Shown one piece after another: positions 9,377-18,661 of a DNA stretch of 64,000 bases. The translations under genes were made by a program, and so were the position numbers. The notes under the pieces were generated by a model. The model was not told the origin of the DNA and made no database searches. It saw only the letters and a program-made list of their open reading frames with translations. The DNA comes from Bdellovibrionales bacterium (GTDB taxonomy: Bacteria; Bdellovibrionota; Bdellovibrionia; Bdellovibrionales; UBA1609), in NCBI GenBank assembly GCA_965204055.1, contig OZ241967.1, positions 1,318,737-1,382,736 on the forward strand. Reading direction: 5' to 3'. Numbering within the stretch: the stretch's first letter is position 1; every line of letters starts with the position of its first letter.

Positions 9377-10058
9377 GACTTCCGCTAAACCGCAGTGCAA
9401 TAAATGAGTGATTTCCGACACTTACAAATTTCTGGTGCCACACATTTTTAAGATTTAGTTCAAGGAGTGGAGATAAATTTAGACACTCTTTTAAGTCCTA
9501 AGGCCTCGTATATGGATCTTATTTCTTTTGTGCTTTTAGAGGGCATGCGATAAAGATTTTTGTTTGCGTCCTCTATAAGGCTATATTGATCTCTTTTTAA
9601 AATCTCTCTCATCTGCCTTATGCTGAAGTTTAATCCTCTTTGTTCCATCCGATACTTCATAGTATAGGAAAGAGAGTAAGCTAAGAAGCATATAGCTATA
9701 TGGGCCTCTATTCTTTTCCTCTTCCAATGGTAAATGGGTCTCATCTTAAGGTTGTGTTTGCACACACGAAAAGCCTCTTCTATCTTCCAAAGTCTCCTGT
9801 ATCGGGTCAGTATCTCTTGAGGGGTTTGCTCTGTTCTTATGTTGGTTATTACTCCATGCAACCCATCCCACTTACTATCTTCTTTTATCTTTTGTTCGTT
9901 TAATGTAGCTTTTGTCTTTTGAACTGTGACATACTTTTTTGTTCCATAATTAGAGATAAGGCTTTTTATAGGAATTTGGTTTTTCTTTACTTTTTTCATC
10001 AGTCTTTCAATGAGTCTTAGTCTATCGGACTTGTTCTTCTTGGCTCTCTTCTTAGAGT
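9374..10058 (-). mobile_element. IS1634/IS4-family IS remnant (3' part only) with a transposase C-terminal fragment (ORF 9460..10074)
   Basis: The ORF fragment contains WDGLHGVITN, RYRRLWKIEEAFRVCKHNLKMRPIYHWKRKRIEAHIAICFLAY, typical of IS1634-type DDE transposases. The 5' part is missing, replaced at 10059 by an IS5-type element. The terminal ~85 bp (9374-9459) recur at 56123-56252. Confidence 0.7.
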
Positions 10059-10734
10059 AGTCGGCCCTGAACAAATGCTATTTTGTTAAAAAGCAGGTTG
10101 ATTTTTTATAAAATTATAATTTTGAATCTGTTTTTTCAACCAGCAAAAAAAGAACAAAAAGAAAGACCGCATGATCTTTCTCATATTAAACGCACTTGCT
10201 ACTAAAATAGGATTGATCTTATCTCCTTCTATCCCATGCAAATAGTTTACCCCCATACGATGCTCCTGTTTAATATGACCTATCACCGGCTCAATCGCCG
10301 TTCTCCTTTTTAAAGCTCTCTTCAACTTAGGAGATAATCGCCTCATCCCTGATATAAACACACTCTTTCCTAACAGCCTCATCCGATAAATCAAATACAT
10401 ACTTCAGGTAAATTAAACCCACAACTAATCGCACAGGAAGAGCAGGACGCCCCCTGTCTGAAGGAAAAAAAGTCTTAAACTTCCTCTCAAATTTTGACCA
10501 ATCTATACAATCTGCTAATTGAACAAGACCCATTTTCATATTTAAAAAATCTACTAAACGGGGCCGACCTAATTCCAATTGCTCACAATCTCTTTCAGAC
10601 TTCTTAGGCTTCATTTTTACCTCCAAACTTGCAAGGTTTTTAAACCTCTTTATATTTTCCTTGCAAATATTTTCCTTGCAAATTATAAAAAAATCAAGTG
10701 ATAATAATGCGTTAACATTTATTCAGGGCCGACT
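10059..10734 (-). mobile_element. IS5-family element, internal-deletion derivative (676 bp) of the intact copy at 48628-50103
   Basis: Both ends are near-identical to the full copy (agtcggccctgaacaaat... / ...attcagggccgact). The two ORF pieces (10327..10626 N-terminal, 10086..10400 C-terminal) match the first ~90 and last ~95 aa of the 442-aa transposase. About 800 bp are missing. Confidence 0.85.
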
Positions 10735-10755
10735 AACTATAATAAGGAGGTATTT

Positions 10756-11775
10756 ATGTGGCTTCACTATCTAAAAGTTTTAAACTTGAGGTTTATCAAA
10801 GCGCGGTTTTTTAAAATGTTTTGTCTAAAGGTTTTAATTTCTTTGGGATTGATATTAAGTTTTCTGCTTGTTTCGTGCTCTGGTGATGATTCCAGCAGTT
10901 CTGATGAAGACAAAGAAAATACAGGAACTGAAGGGACAACAGGAACTAACACAAGAACTACAGGAAATGCAACCAATACAGGAAATGCAGGTTCTCAAGG
11001 TTCAGCGGAACAAGACGGGGCACCTAAGCATTGGATACTTTCTGTTCCTTTTCAAAAGATTTCAGCCGGAAGTTTTATGATGGGCAGTCCCGAAAGTGAA
11101 AGCAATAGAGATTCTGATGAAGATCAAGTGCAGGTAACCATATCAAATCCGTTTGAGATAATGACAAAGGAAGTGACTCAAAGTCAGTGGGTTAAAGTGA
11201 TGGGGAGCAATCCTTCCTATTTTAAGTCACAGAAGCATTGTGACAATTATGATTCTGCAAGTGATATGTGCCCAAACCATCCTGTGGAGAGGGTATCTTG
11301 GGATGATGTGCAGGAGTATATAGGGAAGTTAAATAAGGCATTAGGCTTAAGTGGTTGTGATGGAACGCCTACAAGTTCGGCAGGTTGTTATCGTTTGCCA
11401 ACAGAAGCGGAGTGGGAGTATTCTGCCAGAGGAGGAACGACAGCTTACTCGTTTGAGGATGATGTTTCAGATTTAAGGGATTATGCTTGGTATAGTGGTA
11501 ACTCCGACAACCAAACTCACCAAGTGGGTTTAAAAGATCCTAATCCCAAGGGATTATATGATGTTCATGGAAATGTGTGGGAGTGGGTTCAGGATAGGTA
11601 TACGCGTAATTTACCAGGAGGAAGTGATCCTTTAAATACTTCTGGTTCGAATCGGGTTTTTCGTGGCGGTAGTTGGGGCGTTAGCGCGCAGGGCTTGCGT
11701 TCCGCGCTTCGTGGCTACGGCAATCCGTCTAGCGGGAACAACGGTATCGGCTTTCGTCTTGTGAGGACTTTATAA
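10756..11775 (+). CDS. formylglycine-generating-enzyme (SUMF1/FGE) family protein, probably a lipoprotein
   Basis: RLPTEAEWEYSARGG, GNVWEWVQDRY, RGGSW and GFRLVR are FGE-sulfatase domain hallmarks. Signal/lipobox LLVSC. Strong RBS taaggagg before the ATG. Confidence 0.85.
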   Translation: MWLHYLKVLNLRFIKARFFKMFCLKVLISLGLILSFLLVSCSGDDSSSSDEDKENTGTEGTTGTNTRTTGNATNTGNAGSQGSAEQDGAPKHWILSVPFQKISAGSFMMGSPESESNRDSDEDQVQVTISNPFEIMTKEVTQSQWVKVMGSNPSYFKSQKHCDNYDSASDMCPNHPVERVSWDDVQEYIGKLNKALGLSGCDGTPTSSAGCYRLPTEAEWEYSARGGTTAYSFEDDVSDLRDYAWYSGNSDNQTHQVGLKDPNPKGLYDVHGNVWEWVQDRYTRNLPGGSDPLNTSGSNRVFRGGSWGVSAQGLRSALRGYGNPSSGNNGIGFRLVRTL

Positions 11776-11811
11776 CCCTTTAGGGCTTTATAAAAAACGC
11801 AGGAGGTTTTT

Positions 11812-12693
11812 ATGAAATTTTCAGGAATCCATATTATATTGATAAGTTTGCTTGCTTTTTATATTCCTATTTCTCATGCAGACAAAAATGATCTTGCAAA
11901 CAAGCACTATCAACAAGGCTTAAATTATTTAAACCAGCAAAAACATGAATTGGCTGTCCAAAGTTTTACCCAAGCTATTAATCTGAATCCCACTTTGGCA
12001 ATGGCCTTCCATAGTCGTGGACAAGCTTATGCTCAGATGGAACAGTATGAAAAAGCTATTGAAGATTACACAACAGCAGGAAAGTGGAATGTTCATCTTA
12101 CAGATTTTGATAACCTGCTTAAAACAGCCCGTGCTGGTGTCACAAATAAGCAGGGAATTGAGCATTTAGAGATAGGAAGATTACAACAAGCGGAACACCA
12201 CTTTGCTATGGCACTGAATTTTGATCCAAACTTCGCCAGGTCTTATAATAATTTGGGGCTTATTGCATTGGAAAGAGGACAACTTGCTCAAGAACGTCCT
12301 TCAGCTTCTCCTACTCCTTCTACAACTTATTTTTTATCAGCTATAAATCTTTTTAACAGGGCCATCTTATTGGACACCACACTGCCTGCTTTTTACAACA
12401 ATAGAGGAATTGCTTACAGTGAGTTGAAGGATTGGAACAAAGCTTTAAAGAATTATGATAAAGCTATTCAGATGGATCTATTTTATTTTTCAGCTTATGC
12501 CAATCGAGCAAATGTCCATTCTGAACAAGGCCACCACGAAAAAGCCATTCAGGATCTAAACACAGCACTTAAACTGTCAAAAAAGCATGCGGGTAAAAAA
12601 AAAGATTCCTATTATAAAGGTCACTCTATGGTCGCCATTTATAACACCGGGGCCGGGCTTATGAACGCTCTGGACAATTACAATCCGCCATAG
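11812..12693 (+). CDS. TPR-repeat protein, frameshifted near its 3' end (reading continues in another frame to about 12947)
   Basis: Signal peptide plus repeated TPR consensus (A..Y..G.AY......A..DY..A). See the finding on the frameshift at the G-run near 12656. Confidence 0.75.
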   Translation: MKFSGIHIILISLLAFYIPISHADKNDLANKHYQQGLNYLNQQKHELAVQSFTQAINLNPTLAMAFHSRGQAYAQMEQYEKAIEDYTTAGKWNVHLTDFDNLLKTARAGVTNKQGIEHLEIGRLQQAEHHFAMALNFDPNFARSYNNLGLIALERGQLAQERPSASPTPSTTYFLSAINLFNRAILLDTTLPAFYNNRGIAYSELKDWNKALKNYDKAIQMDLFYFSAYANRANVHSEQGHHEKAIQDLNTALKLSKKHAGKKKDSYYKGHSMVAIYNTGAGLMNALDNYNPP

Positions 12694-13076
12694 CAGATTA
12701 TCATTCAGCTCTTAACGACCCTTATTTTGCATCTCTTCCTCCTGCTTCTTCTTCCTTAAGGGCGAAAATTATAGATGGCCTAAGAGCATTTTTTTATCAT
12801 CCGAGATGGGAAAACGAGTTTACCACAAGAAAGATAGATCCGGATCCTTTAAGACATAAAATACAAATTATAATTCAACGCAATTTAAGAAGAGCGCAAA
12901 CTCAAAAAGCAAGGAATCAACTTAACCCATGTAGAACCCTTTTTTAAATCCATTTCAAGTCAAGTCGTTAAATAAAATCAATATAATAGTCTATTTTTAA
13001 CTTGAATGGCCTTTTTTCAGGATCAATTTTTCAGGATCAATTAAATATTCCACAAGAAAATTCCGTAAAATATATT

Positions 13077-13211
13077 ATGAAACAAATATTATTTTTCTTG
13101 TTTTCTCTATCTGTTATTGAAATGGCAAACGCCAATCCTGTAACAGAAAAACAAAGCAAGTCTTTAGTCTTACAACAGGTTGAACAATGTTTAAGTTTTA
13201 TAAAGCCTTAA
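13077..13211 (+). CDS. 44-aa signal-peptide stub (truncated paralog of the 17822 gene) overlapping the start of paralog A
   Basis: MKQILFFLFSLSVIEMANANPVTEKQSKSLVLQ is nearly identical to the N-terminus of ORF 17822..18511, then diverges and stops. Confidence 0.4.
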   Translation: MKQILFFLFSLSVIEMANANPVTEKQSKSLVLQQVEQCLSFIKP

Positions 13212-15166
13212 CTTTTTTTTTGCGCAGAATAATTTTAATACCCCCATTTTATGCAATAGCTAAAAATTTAGCTAAAGTATGTGCTTTTTTGGGAGGAATA
13301 ATTTTAATATCCCCTTTTTATGCAATAGCTCAACAGTCAGATGAAGATCAGATGTCATTTATTTATGAGTTTAACATGTATTTCGATCACAAGGCTATAT
13401 CAAGTCAAAAAATCCGTTTATCATTAAAAAACAATGAAATAGACCTATCTCCTTTTATTGAAATGATTAACAAGTTAAGAGAATCTGATTATGCAAACGA
13501 TCTAAGATATATGGAAGTTGAGATCAGGGAGTTAAATTATAATGAAGATTTCATAAAGTTTTGTGAAAAAAGTTTATCCGAAAATTGTATGGAAAAAGCC
13601 AAAAATAGTTTGGAAAATGCTTTTTTAAAGATAGTTCAGGAAAAAGAGAATCAAATTCTTTATCCTGAAGATTATAGAGATATAGCAATTTATGGGCTAT
13701 CTCAAGAATCAAATAATTATATGATCCAAGATGCCAATGAAATTTTAAATTCTGAATGCACCGATAACTGGAATGAAAGGAAATTATCCAATATCATACT
13801 CACCCTCCACCCCAATCGCTGGGCTGAGCTAAAAGATAAACTAAAATATAAAGATAAAAATTTTTTGAATCAAGTTTTACAAAAAACTTATGATAAATTA
13901 AAAAAAGCAACATTTCCCGAACAGTGTCTCGATCCGGACAACCAAACCCATAGAGTTTGCAAAAGAGTAACAAAAGAGCTATCTATCAAAAAACAAAGAT
14001 TTAGATATCTAACAGAATTAGTCTATGGTGAGGATATATTACAAACTACTGAGGCTGAAGCCCCTTGTGTGGATTGTTTAGAAGGTTCTTTACCTGAAGA
14101 GCTAAGTGATTTAAACCAACTTTTTTCTCGTTTAAAGGAACATAGTGTATGCTCTGGCCCGGCCCCTGGAGAAGAAAAACAAGTTACCAACAATGGAGAC
14201 AGTTACACAGTGCGGAGAGAATCAGATGGATCTTTTTCGATTCCTTTAAACCTTGCATTTTCAGCAGACGAAGACTATGATGGGGAAGTTCCAAAGGACC
14301 AAGTGCCCAATCATTATAAAAACAAAGTGCAGGAATGTTTAAAAAAAGCCAATTCCAAAATGTTAGGCCCTAATGGGGAAAAACTGAACATAGTTATTGA
14401 ATCTCCCTCTAAAGAAAGTGCTTGCGGAAAAGAAAAACCTAAGACTATAAAGATTGGTCCCAGAAATTACAGATCGTATGTGGTTAAATATGAATCCAAT
14501 ATAGACTGCCCTACCATTACTCATGAGGTCTTGCACCTCTTAGGGCTTTGTGATGAGTATAAGGAAACAGTTACAGGATTCCAAGTGTCGGCGGATACAA
14601 GAGAAGTAAAAACAGCAAATATATTCGAAAAACTCGATAACGAAAATGATAAATTTGTTCTTGCTTATGACTGTCGGGTAACAGCTGAAAACAGTATTAT
14701 GTCTGACCAATATGAAAGATGGGATAATGTGTTTGAAGAAGGAGAATTTAGTACGTCTCCAAGAAAAAAAACAGAATCATCTCTTTTAAACAAAGCGCAA
14801 TTTAATGCTGTTCTCTATGGGGACTGCCCCTCTAAAAACGAACTTTTTAATGAGTGTGCAGATTTGGCTTATAAAACTTCAGTGATGGAAGGTAATGAAA
14901 ACTGTTTAAAACAAAAAAGAAAATGTATGGAAAATAATGTAATGGGATACAACAAAGCCGAGGAATTATCAAGAATCAGAGAGGAAATAAAATCTACAGA
15001 AAATATGAAGAGGGAATTATTATCATATCGTCAAAAAACAATAGAGAAAGAAACAAAGTTGCCGACAGAGCTTTCTTCTTGGTATGATAATCAAATCCAA
15101 GAAGCCGATTCCTGGCTTAAAGAACTAAGAGAAGAGTTAGAAATGGTATCGGCTTGGCCGGATTGA
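13187..15166 (+). CDS. secreted HExxH zincin-like protein, paralog A
   Basis: 659 aa. N-terminal hydrophobic signal. ITHEVLHLLGLCDEY (HExxH followed by DEY, reminiscent of M64-type metallopeptidase motifs). Many Cys. C-terminal coiled coil. Confidence 0.8.
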   Translation: MFKFYKALTFFLRRIILIPPFYAIAKNLAKVCAFLGGIILISPFYAIAQQSDEDQMSFIYEFNMYFDHKAISSQKIRLSLKNNEIDLSPFIEMINKLRESDYANDLRYMEVEIRELNYNEDFIKFCEKSLSENCMEKAKNSLENAFLKIVQEKENQILYPEDYRDIAIYGLSQESNNYMIQDANEILNSECTDNWNERKLSNIILTLHPNRWAELKDKLKYKDKNFLNQVLQKTYDKLKKATFPEQCLDPDNQTHRVCKRVTKELSIKKQRFRYLTELVYGEDILQTTEAEAPCVDCLEGSLPEELSDLNQLFSRLKEHSVCSGPAPGEEKQVTNNGDSYTVRRESDGSFSIPLNLAFSADEDYDGEVPKDQVPNHYKNKVQECLKKANSKMLGPNGEKLNIVIESPSKESACGKEKPKTIKIGPRNYRSYVVKYESNIDCPTITHEVLHLLGLCDEYKETVTGFQVSADTREVKTANIFEKLDNENDKFVLAYDCRVTAENSIMSDQYERWDNVFEEGEFSTSPRKKTESSLLNKAQFNAVLYGDCPSKNELFNECADLAYKTSVMEGNENCLKQKRKCMENNVMGYNKAEELSRIREEIKSTENMKRELLSYRQKTIEKETKLPTELSSWYDNQIQEADSWLKELREELEMVSAWPD

Positions 15167-15261
15167 GATTTTATCAATACTGCATCGCTCAGCCTTACTT
15201 AGTCAAGCCTGAAAAAACTGTTAACATGTTGTTATCACTTGATTTTTTTAAGGTATGCAGG

Positions 15262-15365
15262 CAGTGGCCTTAAATATGCTGAAGAACAAATTTAAGCTGT
15301 CTGTTATTTCTGAAATCACCGGTCTTTCTGCAAAAGAGATCAAAAAGCTTGCAAACAACTCCTAA
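15262..15365 (+). pseudogene. Rpn/YhgA-family C-terminal fragment
   Basis: Translates to AVALNMLKNKFKLSVISEITGLSAKEIKKLANNS*. This matches the C-terminus of the intact gene 26649..27704. Confidence 0.6.
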
Positions 15366-15455
15366 CTTTCGGCATTGTCTGAATAACCCTGAAAATCAGG
15401 ATCAATTTTTCAGGATCAATTAAATATTCTACAAGAAAATTCCGTAAAATATATT

Positions 15456-15590
15456 ATGAAACGAATATTATTTTTCTTGTTTTCTCTATCTGTTATTGAA
15501 ATGGCAACTGCTAATCCTGTAACAGAAAAACAAAGCAAGCCTTTAGTCTTACAAAAGATTGAACAATGTTTAAGTTTTATAAAGCCTTAA
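15456..15590 (+). CDS. 44-aa signal-peptide stub, second copy
   Basis: MKRILFFLFSLSVIEMATANPVTEKQSKPLVLQ; same arrangement as 13077..13211. Confidence 0.4.
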   Translation: MKRILFFLFSLSVIEMATANPVTEKQSKPLVLQKIEQCLSFIKP

Positions 15591-17464
15591 CTTTTTTTTT
15601 GAGCAGAATAATTTTAGTCTTGCCGTTTTTTGCAACAGCTCAAAATCCGGCTGAAAATCAGCAACTCATGCATTTTATGGAAGTATTCAATAATAGGACT
15701 ATATCAGGGCAAAGCATCAGTTTGGAATTAAAAAACAATGAGATAGATCTATCTCATTTTATTGAAATGATTAATAGTTTAAAAGAATCTGATTACGCAG
15801 AAGATCTATTATATATGGAAATTACGATTGATAGATCAATTCGTAAAGAAATCGACCTCCTTTGTGAAAAAAGTTTATCTAAAGATAACTGTATTAAAAA
15901 AGCTAAAGATAGTTTGGAAAATGCTTTTTTAAAGATAGTTAAGGAAAAAGAGAATCAGATTCTCTATCCTGAAGATTATAGCAAAATTTATGGGCGATCT
16001 AAAGCAGAGAATAATCGTATGATAGAACGTGCAAATACTCGTTTGGATTTTGAATGCCCGTCTGACACTGATGAAAGAGTGCTATCCAGTATCATACGCA
16101 CGCTTCACCCTAATCGTTGGGATGAACTACAAGATAAGTTAAAATATACTGATAAAAACTTTTTGAAAAAACTTGTACAAAGAGTTTATGCTGACTTAGA
16201 ACAACAGGAATATCCTGAACAGTGTCTCGATCTAGCTAACAAAAACCATAGAGTTTGCAAAAGAGTAACAAAAGAGCTATCTATCAAAAAACAAAGATTT
16301 AGATATCTAACAGAATTAGTCTATGGTGAGGATATATTACAAACTACTGAGGCTGAAGCCCCTTGTGTGGATTGTTTAGATGGCTCTTTACCTAAAGAAT
16401 TAAGCACTTTAGACCAGCTCTTTTCTCGTTTAAAGGAACATAGCCTTTGTTCTGACCCTGCCCCTGGAGAAGAAAAACAAGTTACCAACAATGGAGACAG
16501 TTACACAGTTCGGAGAGAACCGGATGGATCTTTTTCGATTCCCTTAAACCTTGCATTTTCAGCAGATGAGGACTATGATGGGGAGGTCCCAAGGGACCAA
16601 GTGCCCAATCATTATAAAAACAAAGTGCAGGAATGTTTAAAAAAGGCCAATTCCAAAATGTTAGGCCCTAATGGGGAAAAACTGAACATAGTTATTGAAT
16701 CTCCCTCTAAAGAAAGTGCTTGCGGAAAAGAAAAACCTAAGACTATAAAGATTGGTCCCAGAAATTACAGATCGTATGTGGTTAAATATGAATCCAATAT
16801 AGACTGCCCTACCATTACTCATGAGGTCTTGCACCTCTTAGGGCTTTGTGATGAGTATAAGGAAACAGTTACAGGATTCCAAGTGTCGGCGGATACAAGA
16901 GAAGTAAAAACAGCAAATATATTCGAAAAACTCGATAACGAAAATGATAAATTTGTTCTTGCTTATGACTGTCGGGTAACAGCTGAAAACAGTATTATGT
17001 CTGACCAATATGAAAGATGGGATAATGTGTTTGAAGAAGGAGAATTTAGTACGTCTCCAAGAAAAAAAACAGAATCATCTCTTTTAAACAAAGCGCAATT
17101 TAATGCTGTTCTCTATGGGGACTGCCCCTCTAAAAACGAACTTTTTAATGAGTGTGCAGATTTGGCTTATAAAACTTCAGTGATGGAAGGTAATGAAAAC
17201 TGTTTAAAACAAAAAAGAAAATGTATGGAAAATAATGTAATGGGATACAACAAAGCCGAGGAATTATCAAGAATCAGAGAGGAAATAAAATCTAAAGAAA
17301 ATATGAAGAGGGAATTATTATCAGATCGTCAAAAAACAATAGAGAAAGAAACAAAGTTGCCGACAGAGCTTTCTTCTTGGTATGATAATCAAATCCAAGA
17401 AGCCGATTCCTGGCTTAAAGAACTAAGAGAAGAGTTAGAAATAGTGTCGGCTTGGCCGGATTGA
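15566..17464 (+). CDS. secreted HExxH zincin-like protein, paralog B
   Basis: 632 aa. The C-terminal ~400 aa are almost identical to paralog A, including HEVLHLLGLCDEY. The N-terminal ~230 aa are clearly diverged. Confidence 0.8.
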   Translation: MFKFYKALTFFLSRIILVLPFFATAQNPAENQQLMHFMEVFNNRTISGQSISLELKNNEIDLSHFIEMINSLKESDYAEDLLYMEITIDRSIRKEIDLLCEKSLSKDNCIKKAKDSLENAFLKIVKEKENQILYPEDYSKIYGRSKAENNRMIERANTRLDFECPSDTDERVLSSIIRTLHPNRWDELQDKLKYTDKNFLKKLVQRVYADLEQQEYPEQCLDLANKNHRVCKRVTKELSIKKQRFRYLTELVYGEDILQTTEAEAPCVDCLDGSLPKELSTLDQLFSRLKEHSLCSDPAPGEEKQVTNNGDSYTVRREPDGSFSIPLNLAFSADEDYDGEVPRDQVPNHYKNKVQECLKKANSKMLGPNGEKLNIVIESPSKESACGKEKPKTIKIGPRNYRSYVVKYESNIDCPTITHEVLHLLGLCDEYKETVTGFQVSADTREVKTANIFEKLDNENDKFVLAYDCRVTAENSIMSDQYERWDNVFEEGEFSTSPRKKTESSLLNKAQFNAVLYGDCPSKNELFNECADLAYKTSVMEGNENCLKQKRKCMENNVMGYNKAEELSRIREEIKSKENMKRELLSDRQKTIEKETKLPTELSSWYDNQIQEADSWLKELREELEIVSAWPD

Positions 17465-17821
17465 TTCTTCCCCTGACTAATTAGTCGGTCGTGAAAAAGC
17501 AGTTAACGCATTATTATCACTTGATTTTTTTATAATTTGCTTGGAAAATATTTACAAGGTTTTACAACAAAACCTTTGTTTTCTTGCAAAATTTGTCAGT
17601 GAAAAAGAACTTAACTTTAGTCTGTGCTTTAAAAATATACTTCGGATAGAAAGGAAAAGTTAAAAACCACATTGTTAAAATCATCAGACAATCTCAAAGA
17701 GATTGACAAAAAGCTTGCAAACAACTCCTAACTTTCGGCATTATCTGAATAACCCTGAAAATCAGGATCAATTTTTCAGGATCAATTAAATATTCCACAA
17801 GAAAATTCCGTAAAATATATT

Positions 17822-18511
17822 ATGAAACGAATATTATTTTTCTTATTTTCTCTATCTGTTATTGAAATAGCAACCGCTAATCCTGTAACAGAAAAACAAA
17901 GCAAGCCCTTAGTCTTACAAAGGGAGGTCTCCCATCCCCGAAACATCGATCAAATATCTTTTATTTTTAGAGAAAACAAAGTGGAAATGGTTACCAATAT
18001 ATCCTTTTGGCAGAAGGGTAAAAAACCCCGCTTAGGCCGATTTGAGTCTTCTATGACTCCTTTACTTCAGTCTTTAAAAAAAAGACTTACGCGGTATCGT
18101 GGTCGGTTACAAAAAACAGTGCCTCTTTCCTCTCTGATAAAAGACCGACGGATTCAGCCTTCGCACACTCCGCATGCTCCTATCTTGCGTCTTAATACAA
18201 GAGAGATTAAAGAGGGTGGCCCTTTTTTTAAGGAGCTGGAAGATATTATTCAACAAATAGGAAATACAAATTGGAAATGTGTGGAATGTGCGGAATATCA
18301 AAGACATAAAAAAGGGATTGTTCGTGTTGTTCGAAAACGAACGGGTATAAGCAATAAGCAGAGGGATAACCCATCTAAAAAGCCTTCAAAAAAACTCTCT
18401 CGCTATCTTGTCAAAAGAAAAATATTATCTAAAAAGAGCTTAAATTGTATCCGCAAAACAAAATCTCGATGGGAATGTGTAGATAGGCAATTTGGTATTT
18501 TTGAAATATAA
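17822..18511 (+). CDS. secreted basic protein (229 aa), unknown function
   Basis: Signal peptide shared with the two stubs. Lys/Arg-rich C-terminal half with Cys pairs (CVECAEY, CIRK, WECVD). Confidence 0.6.
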   Translation: MKRILFFLFSLSVIEIATANPVTEKQSKPLVLQREVSHPRNIDQISFIFRENKVEMVTNISFWQKGKKPRLGRFESSMTPLLQSLKKRLTRYRGRLQKTVPLSSLIKDRRIQPSHTPHAPILRLNTREIKEGGPFFKELEDIIQQIGNTNWKCVECAEYQRHKKGIVRVVRKRTGISNKQRDNPSKKPSKKLSRYLVKRKILSKKSLNCIRKTKSRWECVDRQFGIFEI

Positions 18512-18661
18512 ACCAACATGGTCATCTATAGGAGTCAGTTCTGATTAAATGTTTTTTATCCTCTAAACTGAATAGCCAAATTGTTGGCAAACTGCAAAGC
18601 CAACAACTTGGCTTTGCAATCCCTTGAAGGCGAGAATCTCTTAACTTTTTAGGTGTGAATA

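Noticed and set aside
9436-9452. TGGCAC on the minus strand of the IS end (also at about 56188) as a possible sigma-54 -24 element, given the nearby sigma-54 activator.
   Set aside because: No TTGC/-12 GC at the required spacing (the sequence reads tggcaccagaaatttgt). It is part of the IS terminal sequence.
13077-13260. Programmed frameshift joining the 44-codon leader ORF to paralog A (and likewise for B).
   Set aside because: Both the stub and the large ORF start with their own signal peptides. A fusion would give a tandem signal sequence. The stub is better explained as a truncated copy of the 17822 gene's 5' end.
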